NCBI GenBank assembly: GCA_965248755.1
Contig: OZ252149.1
Span: forward strand, 1,408,001-1,472,000
Length of the DNA: 64,000 bases
Direction: 5' to 3'
Source: Candidatus Latescibacterota bacterium
GTDB taxonomy: Bacteria; Latescibacterota; CBDEFO01
Shown piece after piece: positions 37,583 to 47,502 of the stretch (its first letter is position 1; each line of letters opens with the position of its first letter). The notes beneath the pieces are model-generated. The model was not told the origin of the DNA, searched no databases, and saw only the letters and a program-made list of their open reading frames with translations. The position numbers were made by a program, and so were the translations under genes.

Positions 37583-38662
37583 GTGTTTGAAACACTTCAT
37601 AAAATAGAGGAACACTACGAAAAGATCGAAAAACTCCTGGGTGAACCCCAGGCTGTGAATGACCACAAGCGCTATCAGGAGCTGGCCAAGGAGTATAGTG
37701 ACCTGGGCAGGACTATCTCAGTCTACAGGGAATATAAGTCCGTCTCAAATGACCTTTTAGAAGCCAAGGAGATTCTCAAAGATTCTGAAGATGGTGAGCT
37801 CGTGGAACTTGCCCGTGATGAAGCCGAAGAATTAAAGGAAAAGGAAAAGGGGCTTGGAGAAGAACTCAAGATTCTCCTTATATCCAAAGATCCCGCTGAT
37901 GAGAAGAACGCTATAGTCGAAATAAGAGCTGGAACCGGTGGGGAAGAGGCAGCCCTATTTGCGGCGGACCTCTACAGGATGTACTCCAGATATACGGAAA
38001 ACAGAGGATGGCAGATCGAACATATAAGCTCAAACCCGACGGGAATAGGAGGATTTAAGGAGATCATCTTTTCGGTCTCGGGCAAAAACGCCTATGGCGA
38101 TCTGAAATACGAAAGTGGGGTCCACAGAGTTCAAAGGGTCCCCCAAACAGAATCGAGCGGACGCCTCCACACGTCCGCAGCCTCCGTCGCAATCCTCCCC
38201 GAAGCTGAAGAGGTGGATGTCGAAATAGACCCTGAAGACCTCAAAATAGACTTCTTTCGCTCCTCAGGCCCCGGAGGACAGAGTGTCAACACTACAGATT
38301 CAGCGGTCAGAATCACGCACCTTCCTACAAACATCACCGTCCAGTGCCAGGATGAGAAATCCCAGCATAAGAACAGAGCAAAAGCCCTCAAAGTCCTCCG
38401 CTCCAGACTCCTGGATGCTGCTACCAGAGAACAACAGGAGAAACTTTCGTCCGACAGGAGAAGACAGATCGGGACAGGAGACAGGAGCGCAAAGATCAGA
38501 ACATACAACTTTCCTCAAAACAGAGTTACCGACCACAGGATCAATCTGACGCTCTACAAGCTCGAGGGCATCCTTGAAGGTGCAATTGACGAACTTGTAG
38601 ACGCTGTGCGCATCGCTGACCAAGCCGAGAAGATCGCCCAATTAGACGATGGCGGGGAATAA
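37583..38662 (+). CDS. prfA: Peptide chain release factor 1
   Basis: EIRAGTGGEEA, PQT recognition loop, GPGGQ, RTYNFPQNR. Confidence 0.98.
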   Translation: MFETLHKIEEHYEKIEKLLGEPQAVNDHKRYQELAKEYSDLGRTISVYREYKSVSNDLLEAKEILKDSEDGELVELARDEAEELKEKEKGLGEELKILLISKDPADEKNAIVEIRAGTGGEEAALFAADLYRMYSRYTENRGWQIEHISSNPTGIGGFKEIIFSVSGKNAYGDLKYESGVHRVQRVPQTESSGRLHTSAASVAILPEAEEVDVEIDPEDLKIDFFRSSGPGGQSVNTTDSAVRITHLPTNITVQCQDEKSQHKNRAKALKVLRSRLLDAATREQQEKLSSDRRRQIGTGDRSAKIRTYNFPQNRVTDHRINLTLYKLEGILEGAIDELVDAVRIADQAEKIAQLDDGGE

Positions 38663-39581
38663 TACATTCTCCACGATTGAACCCCCGACTGGATCGGGGA
38701 TTGGGGATGCCCTCAACAAAGCAATCCAGTTTTTAAGTTCCCGCGACATTGAAAGTCCCCGGATCAACGCAGAGAGGCTCCTTTGTCATGTGCTGGACGT
38801 TGACAGCTCGTTTGCTCTCTACCTTGAGCCCGATCGCTTGCTATCTCAGAACGAGTTGGACTCTTATCATTATCTTCTCAATAAAAGGATTAAAGGAATT
38901 CCACTCCAGTACATCGTTGGGAAGACAGAGTTTATGTCCCTTCCCATCAAAGTCGAGTCCCCGATCTTAATCCCGCGCCCTGAGACTGAAATTCTCGTAG
39001 AAACTGTCCTCGACAGATTCAAAGGCAACGAGAGTCGTCTACTTCTGGCAGCCGACATAGGCACAGGCGCAGGAAACATAGCTGTATCCCTTGCCCGCTA
39101 CATCCACGGGATCCACATCTACGCCACAGACATATTCCTCCCAGCTCTCAGACTTGCCCGATACAATTCCCGACTCAACGATACCGCCTTTAGAATAACG
39201 TTCCTTCACGGAGACCTTTTCGATCCCTTCAAAAGATACGACCTCCAGAACAGACTCGACCTTATAATCTCCAATCCTCCATACGTAAGGAGGTCGGATA
39301 TACCGCACCTTCCCGCCGAGATAAGGAATCACGAATCCCACAGAGCCATTGACGGCGGAAATGACGGACTCGACTTCTACAGGAGGCTTATCCCCCAGTC
39401 TTTTGAATATCTCAGATCCGGCGGTATCCTCGCCTTAGAGATAGGGTTAGGACAGTCAGAATCCGTATTCCAGATGATCAGAGACCTCAAAGTCGTGCGA
39501 CCACTGCGTGCTTTTACCCCTCCAAAGATCGTCAAGGACTTCAATGGGATAGACAGGGTTGTCCTGGCGCATAAGATCTGA
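38649..39581 (+). CDS. prmC: Release factor glutamine methyltransferase
   Basis: PLQYI.G, LIPRPETE, DIGTGAG, SNPPY, DGGNDGL; follows prfA. Confidence 0.96.
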   Translation: MAGNNTFSTIEPPTGSGIGDALNKAIQFLSSRDIESPRINAERLLCHVLDVDSSFALYLEPDRLLSQNELDSYHYLLNKRIKGIPLQYIVGKTEFMSLPIKVESPILIPRPETEILVETVLDRFKGNESRLLLAADIGTGAGNIAVSLARYIHGIHIYATDIFLPALRLARYNSRLNDTAFRITFLHGDLFDPFKRYDLQNRLDLIISNPPYVRRSDIPHLPAEIRNHESHRAIDGGNDGLDFYRRLIPQSFEYLRSGGILALEIGLGQSESVFQMIRDLKVVRPLRAFTPPKIVKDFNGIDRVVLAHKI

Positions 39582-39748
39582 AGAATTCCCTTTACATCAT
39601 GCCCGATTTTCCGTATCGTTTAAATGTGGGGACAACCTTACCTGGCCCCTATGAATCTCCCATTTCGAAAGCGGAAAGCCGATCATAGAGGTCCATACTC
39701 TGATCCTCAATCCGAAGACCCTAAATCCCAACGGAGTGGTCACACCAC

Positions 39749-40987
39749 TTGAAAAGAGTTGTAGTCACAGGCATCGGACTCGTCGCGCCCTTGGGATGTT
39801 CAAAAGACATAGTCTGGAAGAACGTCTCACAAGGAATCTCAGGCATCTCCCATCTGAAATGGGCGAAAGACCCCTTCCCCGTCAAAATCGGAGCGCAGGT
39901 TAGTGATTTTGAACCTGACCCCGGCGATAGCGGATATGACCGCTTTATCCAATTTGCCCTATCGGCAACAAGACAGGCAGTAAAAGACGCAGAACTCACG
40001 TTAGATTCTGATCTAAGTCAGCGCACAGGCGTCCTTATCAGCTCCAGCAAAGGAGGCATATCCACCTTCGAAAAATATCACTCCCGTCTTTTGGGATCTG
40101 GTCCTTCATCGATTCCGAAAAACCTCTGGTTCAACATAAGCCAGGCGTCCGCCTCTCAAGCTGTATCTAAACTTCTATCCCCGATAGATTCAATCGTGGA
40201 TCAACGTTTAGAGGGACCTTCCTACGGCATAGTATCTGCGTGCGCCACCGGAGCTCATTCCATCATCTCGGCATCCCACCTGATAAGCGAGGGAAGAGCC
40301 GACATTATGATAGCCGGGAGCAGCGACGCCTCCTTGACTCCCCTGATATTAGGGGGCTTCAGCAAGATGGGAGCGCTATCCCAAAAAGCCTCCCGCCCAT
40401 TTGATGCCGAAAGGGACGGATTCGTCCTCGGTGAAGGATGCGGTATCGTCGTCTTGGAATCCTTGGAGGGAGCAAAAAGGAGGAAGGCCAGTATCTATGG
40501 AGAGATACTTTCTACCGTGGCAATGTCTGAAGCCCATCACGTATCAGCTATCGAACCCGGAGGAAAGACTATAGGTCGAGCTGTCCAACTCGCTATACAG
40601 AGGGCTGATCTCTCCGCGAAAGATATAGATTATGTTAACGCTCATGCGACAGGGACGGTAGAAGGGGATATAGCTGAAACTTTAGCCATAAAAAGAGCGC
40701 TGGGAGAAAATGCTTACAGTGTAGCTATAAGTTCGACCAAATCTATGATGGGGCATCTACTGGGGGCCGCTGGGAGCGTCGAGTTTATCGTATCTTTACT
40801 CTGTATGGAAAACAACTACGTCCATCCGACTATAAATCTGGAAAATATAGATCCCCAATGCGACCTCGATTATACACCCAACGCAGGTGCCGCCAGGACC
40901 TTAAAAAATATAATGTCCCTGTCTTATGGCTTTGGAGGACACATCGCTGTTCTGTTAGCGGGCAAGCCTTTAAGTTATAGTAATTAA
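39749..40987 (+). CDS. fabF: Beta-ketoacyl-ACP synthase II-like protein
   Basis: RVVVTGIG, ACATG, RPFD.ERDGFVLGEG, NAHATGT, KSM.GH.LGAAG, S.GFGG. Confidence 0.85.
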   Translation: MKRVVVTGIGLVAPLGCSKDIVWKNVSQGISGISHLKWAKDPFPVKIGAQVSDFEPDPGDSGYDRFIQFALSATRQAVKDAELTLDSDLSQRTGVLISSSKGGISTFEKYHSRLLGSGPSSIPKNLWFNISQASASQAVSKLLSPIDSIVDQRLEGPSYGIVSACATGAHSIISASHLISEGRADIMIAGSSDASLTPLILGGFSKMGALSQKASRPFDAERDGFVLGEGCGIVVLESLEGAKRRKASIYGEILSTVAMSEAHHVSAIEPGGKTIGRAVQLAIQRADLSAKDIDYVNAHATGTVEGDIAETLAIKRALGENAYSVAISSTKSMMGHLLGAAGSVEFIVSLLCMENNYVHPTINLENIDPQCDLDYTPNAGAARTLKNIMSLSYGFGGHIAVLLAGKPLSYSN

Positions 40988-41045
40988 CCAGCAAAATTGC
41001 AGCTAGCACATTGCGATCTTCGCGTCATTACTGTATAGTTGATGG

Positions 41046-41447
41046 ATGCTTATCCGTCGTTGCTGCGACAGTAAGAAATTTCGGAGACTTTCTACTGGCC
41101 AGAGACGATGCTAGCGGTGTGGTTTAACCAGAAGGTTTACCGAAACCACCTGGCAGAAAATCAGAGTGTCTCCCTATTGGAGGGGCGGGCCGGTAGAGTT
41201 TTCTCTTTAGGTGTATCAGCAATTACATTGAGATTCCAAGTGCCTTTAGATCCTAAGACGATTCAATGATGGTTTAGAATCCCTAGAGTGACAATCTACG
41301 ATCAATAGGCAAAGGAACTCTTGACTCTCTCAGGACAAATTGAAATGGATAAGACTCTCTTTGGTGATAGGCGATCTGGTAAGTGAGTTCGGGCAGCTTC
41401 AGGAAAACTAATGGTCTTTGGCATCTACCAGAGAAAAGGCCGTGTTC
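41046..41447 (+). mobile_element. IS1595-family transposase remnant
   Basis: Zn-finger-like start (CC.S...RRLSTGQRRC*RCG) and LSGQIEMDKTLFG.RRSGK*...GKLMVFGIYQRKG, with several stops; truncated. Confidence 0.75.
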
Positions 41448-41577
41448 ATCTCAAGCTTTACATACTCACTCTCATTTTGGCTGCAGCTTCGCCGCCCTGA
41501 GTCCATCGTTAATTACGCAGTGCGAAGTCCCCAATAACGAAAGTTCACCGCAGCGAAGTCATCGAACGACCAGAATC

Positions 41578-43425
41578 TCACTTGAGGTCCACCTTCTGCA
41601 GATCGCGCCGTGGGAGGATGAGGCTGACCGCCGTTCCCACCAGGATGCTCACCGCCAGCGACACCGGTCCAATCCACTGAAAGCTGATCGGGTCGACGCA
41701 CGTCTTCCAAGGTTCGCCGCTGACCGGGTCGATCTTGGTAATGACTTCCACGTTAAACATTGCCGGATCGACACCGAATTGCGTGTGTAGCCAATAGACC
41801 AGCGGACCGGAAAAAGCAATCGACGCTGCGGAAGCGATTGCCAGCACTGTTCCGATCCAGACCCCCGGCACCGTCGCACGCCGCACGAACAGGGCGAAAA
41901 AGAAGAGCCCGAAAATGGGTGCCGTCAGCAGGTTGACCGTCTTGTTCGTCATGGCCGTAATGTTGCCGGGGATGTATCCCATGTAGGAGCTGCCCAGCAC
42001 CACAGTCAGTCCAATGCCCAGCGCCAACAGCCGCGCCACGAGCACGTGACCCTTTTCGGTTCTTGGCTTCAAGCCGAATCGATCCAGAAAATCGGTCATG
42101 ACGACAGCCGTGACCGAGTTGACTCCCGAATCGATACTCGACATGGCCGCCGCGAACATCGCCGCGACGACTAGCCCGGACACGCCGATGGGAAGATAAA
42201 AGGCAATGTAGTGTGGAAACAGATCATCGGCGTTGGATTTCAGGTCCATGCCCTCCGGCAGATCAGCGTAATTCGCTTGAAAGTAGCCCAACAGAGCGAA
42301 TCCGACCAAGGTCAGCGTCAACCCGACGATCACACCAACCGTCAGTTGCGTGGCCACCGCTCGCTGGGCAGCGCGTAGATCAGTCGTCGCCATAAAACGC
42401 TGGATGACCGTCTGATCCCCGCCGGCAGTACAAACGTACCAAGTAAGAACCGAAAGGATGGTACCAACCACGGTGACACGGGTCTGTGGATCGAAGCTGA
42501 AGAAGGGCTGCGTATCCCAATTCGGGTGCCAAGTGGTGGGGAACCACCCCAATCCACCAAGACTCCAGCTGACGGTCACAAGCACCAACAAGGCACCGCC
42601 AAAAAGCAGCATGGTTTGCATGAAGTCGGTTACCACGACCGCCCGAAGACCGCCTAGTGTGGTGTAGATCACCGACACCACTCCCGTTACAAGCACGATC
42701 AACGGTATCCATTTGGCATCGACGCCCATCATCACCGTAAGTGCCTTGGCGGCCAGATAAACCAGCAGCGTCATCCAGAACAGACGCAGGGTAAGGAACA
42801 TCACCGCACCCAACAGGCGTATACTCAACCCCAGCCTTTCTTCCAGCAACTCGTAGGCGCTGGTGACGCGGTGTCGCATATAAACTGGCAGCAGGACGTG
42901 CGCTATGATGAAATAGATCAGCGGGTAGCCTAACAGGCTGAACAGAATGACCGGTCCTTTGCCAGCGCTCTCGCCGGGGATCGACAAGTAGGAGATCGTG
43001 CTCAACAGCGTTGCGAACAGCGAAACGCCTATCAGGAGCGAGTTTATGTTGCCTCCACCGACGAAATACTCCTCGGTGGAACTCTGCTTGCGGCTGAAAT
43101 AGACTCCCAGACCGATCGTCGAAACCGCGTAAATTGCGATGAGCACCCAATCCAGGGGCTGCAGGCCGACAGTTTTCATCACGGTCGATTGAGCCACCGC
43201 CTCGTCTGCCAAGGCCGAGTTACCCGGGAGCGCCAAGTAAGCAGCACACAGGGCGAGAGGGTGTTTTAATACCTTAAGAGAGAGGCCGCCGCCCCGCCGA
43301 AACATGGACAATGCCTGGCTCGAAACACCGTCGAAACAGCATAGATTTAATCGTGCAGATAATTTCATGGGTGCAACCAGCCGGTAAGTCTTGATAGGGG
43401 AAATGATCACAAATCTAACAGTCAA
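41578..43425 (-). CDS. Sodium:solute symporter (SSS) family transporter; true start probably downstream of 43425
   Basis: LDW, EYFVGG, SLFATLLSTISYL, SAYE.LE.R, YTTLGGLRAVV.TD, DQ..IQRF, AAAMSSIDS. Confidence 0.93.
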   Translation of the reverse strand: MTVRFVIISPIKTYRLVAPMKLSARLNLCCFDGVSSQALSMFRRGGGLSLKVLKHPLALCAAYLALPGNSALADEAVAQSTVMKTVGLQPLDWVLIAIYAVSTIGLGVYFSRKQSSTEEYFVGGGNINSLLIGVSLFATLLSTISYLSIPGESAGKGPVILFSLLGYPLIYFIIAHVLLPVYMRHRVTSAYELLEERLGLSIRLLGAVMFLTLRLFWMTLLVYLAAKALTVMMGVDAKWIPLIVLVTGVVSVIYTTLGGLRAVVVTDFMQTMLLFGGALLVLVTVSWSLGGLGWFPTTWHPNWDTQPFFSFDPQTRVTVVGTILSVLTWYVCTAGGDQTVIQRFMATTDLRAAQRAVATQLTVGVIVGLTLTLVGFALLGYFQANYADLPEGMDLKSNADDLFPHYIAFYLPIGVSGLVVAAMFAAAMSSIDSGVNSVTAVVMTDFLDRFGLKPRTEKGHVLVARLLALGIGLTVVLGSSYMGYIPGNITAMTNKTVNLLTAPIFGLFFFALFVRRATVPGVWIGTVLAIASAASIAFSGPLVYWLHTQFGVDPAMFNVEVITKIDPVSGEPWKTCVDPISFQWIGPVSLAVSILVGTAVSLILPRRDLQKVDLK

Positions 43426-43617
43426 TTCCCAGTGGGGAAGCCCTGGGCGTAGCGGTCCCCCAATCGCTCCACTCCCGTTGCCAATCTCCTTACAGAGCCG
43501 TTACGCCGTTGCCAATAACAGGTGTTATTCCTAACCTTTGTTGGCGAGCGCCCTCTGCGGAAGTTCACGGCGAAATCGAGACTGGCATGGAACAAAACGG
43601 TCACTCTCTCCTCTAAT

Positions 43618-43995
43618 CCGACATTCCCCATATCAAATTTACAAGGGATTATAATTAGCTAGAATCTTGTTCGTGAATTAATATTGCCACTTTTACATTT
43701 TTCAACAAGTACTTTTTTCAATCAAAATAGCATTCTCCTCTGAATTATTACTTTCTTTGTGCTGATATCTTCCAATTAGAGACACTTCTCAATGGAGATA
43801 TGTGCACCGGAATTGACAGTTGTATGCTGACCAGTCCTGCTCGCCAACGTACAGGGCTTTCGGAACTGTCCAAATCCAGAATGATTCGTCCCTTCTTGAA
43901 TCCACAGACCACTTATATCTGACAGGCTGTTGAGATTTTCGAGCAGCGCCAGTATCTCTGTATTTATGCTTTCACCCTCTGGATGATCAATATCT
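43618..43995 (-). mobile_element. Internally deleted IS1380-family element remnant
   Basis: Minus-strand fragments DHPEGES / TEILALLENLNSLSDISGLWI / RIILDLDSSESPV / GEQDWSAYNCQFRCT resemble the LDxDSS…GEQE.SAYN motif; end-like ATATGGGGAATGTCGG. Confidence 0.7.
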
Positions 43996-44167
43996 ATCCG
44001 TCATTTATGAGTCTTATCTACATATAGTATAACATGTTCTGGGGACTTTGACAAACATTCTTGGGGTCTAATGATGGGGAATGGGGGCTCGCAGACTTTC
44101 TAATGATTTTCTGAAAACTCTTAAGAAAACTCCACGTTTCCGAATCACAAGAACTATCAGAATGCTA

Positions 44168-44196
44168 TTGACAATAGTCCTTCAGGGACATATATT
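44168..44196 (+). promoter_or_regulatory. Putative sigma70 promoter
   Basis: TTGACA-N17-TATATT. Confidence 0.6.
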
Positions 44197-44253
44197 GATC
44201 CAGAGCAGAAAATATTGGATCTTTCAATCTCCTTCTCTTAGCACTATCCGACT

Positions 44254-45627
44254 ATGGAAAAGGTCATCATAGGAGTCTCAGGTGTAAGAGGCATCGTAGG
44301 CCAGGGGCTATCTGCCAAGGATGTTCTTGAGATGTCCGCCGCCTTCGGAAAGATCTGTGAGGTAGGAAACGTGCTGGTGGGAGGGGATACCAGGACGTCG
44401 GGAGATATGCTCAGATACGCCGCTATATCGGGCCTCCTCTGGGCAGGATCAGACGCAACAGATGCAGGAATTTGTCCCACCCCCACAATTCAGATGGCCG
44501 TTAAGGACGGTGACTTCCAGGGAGGAATAGCGGTAACTGCAAGTCATAATCCCCCCGAGTGGAACGGACTCAAATTCATAGGCCCAGACGGCATATTCTT
44601 ATCCCCGATAGATTCAATCAGGGATAAAGAAAAAGGCAGAAAACCTGCAGATCTCTTCCAAAAATGCAAGGTTCCTCCCCCGGACTGGGAAAAAGTAGGG
44701 CACGTCAAAGCTGCCAGTTGCTTCATAAAAGAACACATCTATAAAATACTCTCACTCGATCTTGTGGATGTTCAGAAGATAAGAGAGAGAAGGTTCAAAG
44801 TAGCGATAGACTGCTGCAACGGGGCAGGTTCCCTTATAAGCCCCCTCCTTCTGAGACATCTCGGATGCGAAGTGATCGAACTGAACTCAAAGCCTGATGG
44901 GATCTTCCCTCACGATCCCGAACCTGTTCCTGAGAGCCTTGGACAACTCTCTACAGCCGTGGGAGAATATGGTGCAGATGTGGGATTTGCGAACGATCCT
45001 GACGCCGACCGACTCTCCATCGTATCGGAAAAGGGGGAGGCTATCGGCGAAGAATACACGTTAGCTCTCTGTGTAAAATTTGTATTGATAAAGAAGAAAG
45101 GTCCAGTGGTCGCTAATCTATCTACGAGCCGCATGTTAGACGATATTGCCGCTGAATTCGGCACAAAGGTGCACAGATCAGCCGTCGGAGAGCTCAACGT
45201 GGCAAAAAAGATGCAAACGGTAGATGCCGTCGTAGGAGGCGAGGGCAACGGAGGTGTTATGCTCCCTGCATTGCATCTGGGGAGAGACGCTCCTCTGGGC
45301 ACGGCGTTAATTTTGAGCTATTTAGCCCAATCTGAAAAGACTCTCTCAGATCTTGCATCTTCCATCCCGAAGTACGTTATGCTCAAACAAAAACTGGACC
45401 TTGGGACCAAAGAACCATCGGAGGTGCTCCATTTAGTAAAGCAGATCTATTCCAAAGAATACATGGATCACACAGACGGGGTTAAGGTTATGGGACCAGA
45501 TTGGTGGCTCCACGTCAGAGCATCAAATACCGAACCTGTGCTCCGCCTCATATCCGAAGCCCCACAAAGAAAAAAAGCCGAACTTTTGTGCAAAAGCATC
45601 AAAGATAGACTGAGAAAATTCAAATGA
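44254..45627 (+). CDS. Phosphohexomutase (GlmM / PMM-PGM family)
   Basis: SGVRG, TASHNP, DPDADR, GGEGNGG, VRASNTEP. Confidence 0.93.
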   Translation: MEKVIIGVSGVRGIVGQGLSAKDVLEMSAAFGKICEVGNVLVGGDTRTSGDMLRYAAISGLLWAGSDATDAGICPTPTIQMAVKDGDFQGGIAVTASHNPPEWNGLKFIGPDGIFLSPIDSIRDKEKGRKPADLFQKCKVPPPDWEKVGHVKAASCFIKEHIYKILSLDLVDVQKIRERRFKVAIDCCNGAGSLISPLLLRHLGCEVIELNSKPDGIFPHDPEPVPESLGQLSTAVGEYGADVGFANDPDADRLSIVSEKGEAIGEEYTLALCVKFVLIKKKGPVVANLSTSRMLDDIAAEFGTKVHRSAVGELNVAKKMQTVDAVVGGEGNGGVMLPALHLGRDAPLGTALILSYLAQSEKTLSDLASSIPKYVMLKQKLDLGTKEPSEVLHLVKQIYSKEYMDHTDGVKVMGPDWWLHVRASNTEPVLRLISEAPQRKKAELLCKSIKDRLRKFK

Positions 45628-45917
45628 CACAGGACACAACGGTCGAACTAAACATATACGGCGTGTCCTACTCTATAAGTACATCGGAATCTGAAGAGTA
45701 TGCAAAGAGGGTCACCCAATATGTGAACGAGAAGATGAAAGAGGTCTCTGCAAAGAGCGTCGGACGCTCAGACCTCCAGATAGCCGTCTTTGCGGCTCTT
45801 AACATAGCGGACGAACTCTTCCAGGAGAAAAAGAAGAAATCGCAAACTCCAAATCCGACGGAAGGAAGGCTTATTCGACTTTCTGAAATGTTGTCCAAAG
45901 AGATCGACAACCTGTAA
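45624..45917 (+). CDS. zapA: Cell division protein ZapA
   Basis: V.LNIYG.SY, YVNEKM, AVFAALNIADELF. Confidence 0.92.
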   Translation: MTQDTTVELNIYGVSYSISTSESEEYAKRVTQYVNEKMKEVSAKSVGRSDLQIAVFAALNIADELFQEKKKKSQTPNPTEGRLIRLSEMLSKEIDNL

Positions 45918-45936
45918 ATTGTTATAACTCATGAAT

Positions 45937-45963
45937 GCAGGGGCAGGGCTAACCCGCCCCTAC
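45937..45963. repeat. GTAG-type REP-like hairpin
   Basis: GCAGGGGCAGGGCTAACCCGCCCCTAC. Confidence 0.6.
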
Positions 45964-45988
45964 AACAACGCACGTTAGGGCAAATCGT

Positions 45989-47290
45989 TTGCGTACACAG
46001 GAACAGATGCAAAGGCTCATAGTAGAGGGTGGGCATTCCCTGAAGGGAACTGTGGTTCCCAGCGGGAACAAAAACTCGGCACAGCCTATCTTGGCCGCCT
46101 GCCTTCTGACAGATGAGCAGGTGACTTTGGACAACGTTCCCCGCATTAGAGACGTTGAGACCATAATATCTATTCTCCAAAAGATAGGCGTGGACGTATC
46201 TTTTCAGAAAGAGCAAAACCGTGTTACCGTGCGGGCTAAGAGCTTAGATGCCACCGAGTTAGACCCAGAGCTTTGCGAACTTGCAAGGGGATCCGTAACG
46301 TTAGCTGGCCCCATGCTTGCAAGGTGCGGCAGAGTCAGACTTCCACGTCCCGGAGGCGATAAGATAGGTCGCCGCAGGATAGACACCCACATCCTTGCCC
46401 TCAGACAGATGGGGGCGAGGATAGAGCCTTCGTATTACTTCTACGACATGGAGGCCCCCAACGGTCTGAAAGGAGCGGACATTCTCCTTGACGAGGCGAG
46501 CGTCACCGCCACAGAGAGCACAATTATGGCGGCTTCGACCGCAAAAGGAGAGACTATCATAAGGAACGCTGCATCAGAGCCGCACGTCCAGGAACTCTGC
46601 TGCTTCCTCAACATGATCGGAGCCCGAATATCGGGCATAGGGAGCAACACCATCACAGTCGAGGGCACAGACTCGCTCGGCGGCGGAACTCACACAGTGG
46701 AATCCGACTATCAGGAGATAGGAAGTTTCATAGGACTTGCCTCTGTCACTGACAGCGAGATACTCATAAAAGGCGCTGTCCCTCACCACATGAGAATGAC
46801 TCTGATGGTCTTTAAGCGCCTCGGAATCCAGGTTGAAGTAAGAGGCCAGGACATACTTGTCCCCGAAGGTCAAAATCTCAAAGTAGAATCCGACCTGCAC
46901 GGGGCTATCCTCAAGATAGACGACGCCCCCTGGCCCGGATTCCCCCCGGATCTTATGAGCATTGCACTCGTGGTCGCCACACAGGCTGAGGGCACGGTCT
47001 TGATCTTCGAGAAGATGTACGAAAGCAGGCTCTTCTTCGTTGACAGGCTCATCGAAATGGGGGCAAAGATAATCCTTTGCGATCCTCACCGAGCCGTCGT
47101 ACAGGGACCCTCCAAGTTGCACGGCGAGACCGTAGTTAGTCCCGACATCAGAGCAGGGATGGGGCTCCTTATCGCCAGCCTCTGCGCCCAAGGAACAAGC
47201 GTCATGCACAACATCGGGCAGATAGACAGAGGATACGAAAGGATAGACGAAAAGCTCAAAGCGCTTGGCGCTAAGATACAAAGAGCGTGA
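45989..47290 (+). CDS. murA: UDP-N-acetylglucosamine 1-carboxyvinyltransferase (likely start ATG 46007)
   Basis: [44 protein letters not shown]. Confidence 0.96.
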   Translation: MRTQEQMQRLIVEGGHSLKGTVVPSGNKNSAQPILAACLLTDEQVTLDNVPRIRDVETIISILQKIGVDVSFQKEQNRVTVRAKSLDATELDPELCELARGSVTLAGPMLARCGRVRLPRPGGDKIGRRRIDTHILALRQMGARIEPSYYFYDMEAPNGLKGADILLDEASVTATESTIMAASTAKGETIIRNAASEPHVQELCCFLNMIGARISGIGSNTITVEGTDSLGGGTHTVESDYQEIGSFIGLASVTDSEILIKGAVPHHMRMTLMVFKRLGIQVEVRGQDILVPEGQNLKVESDLHGAILKIDDAPWPGFPPDLMSIALVVATQAEGTVLIFEKMYESRLFFVDRLIEMGAKIILCDPHRAVVQGPSKLHGETVVSPDIRAGMGLLIASLCAQGTSVMHNIGQIDRGYERIDEKLKALGAKIQRA

Positions 47291-47502
47291 TCAAACAAAG
47301 ATAGTAGACGGCGCATCTCCTCCCTTCCTTTTAGATTACTTCGCTACGCCCCGGTTGAATCGGGGGTCCGATAACGGTTCGTTGTTGCTTGCAATGAGGT
47401 CTGATGAGACCTTTGGTCATTGCAAGGGGTGAAACCCTGAAGCAATCTCACGTAGACTACCTCTCCTTCTTAGCTGTTCACTTGTTTTCAATGAATCCGA
47501 AG

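Noticed and set aside
45918..46006. 6S RNA downstream of zapA
   Set aside because: The spacer is under 90 nt and is occupied by a REP-like hairpin, too short for 6S RNA.
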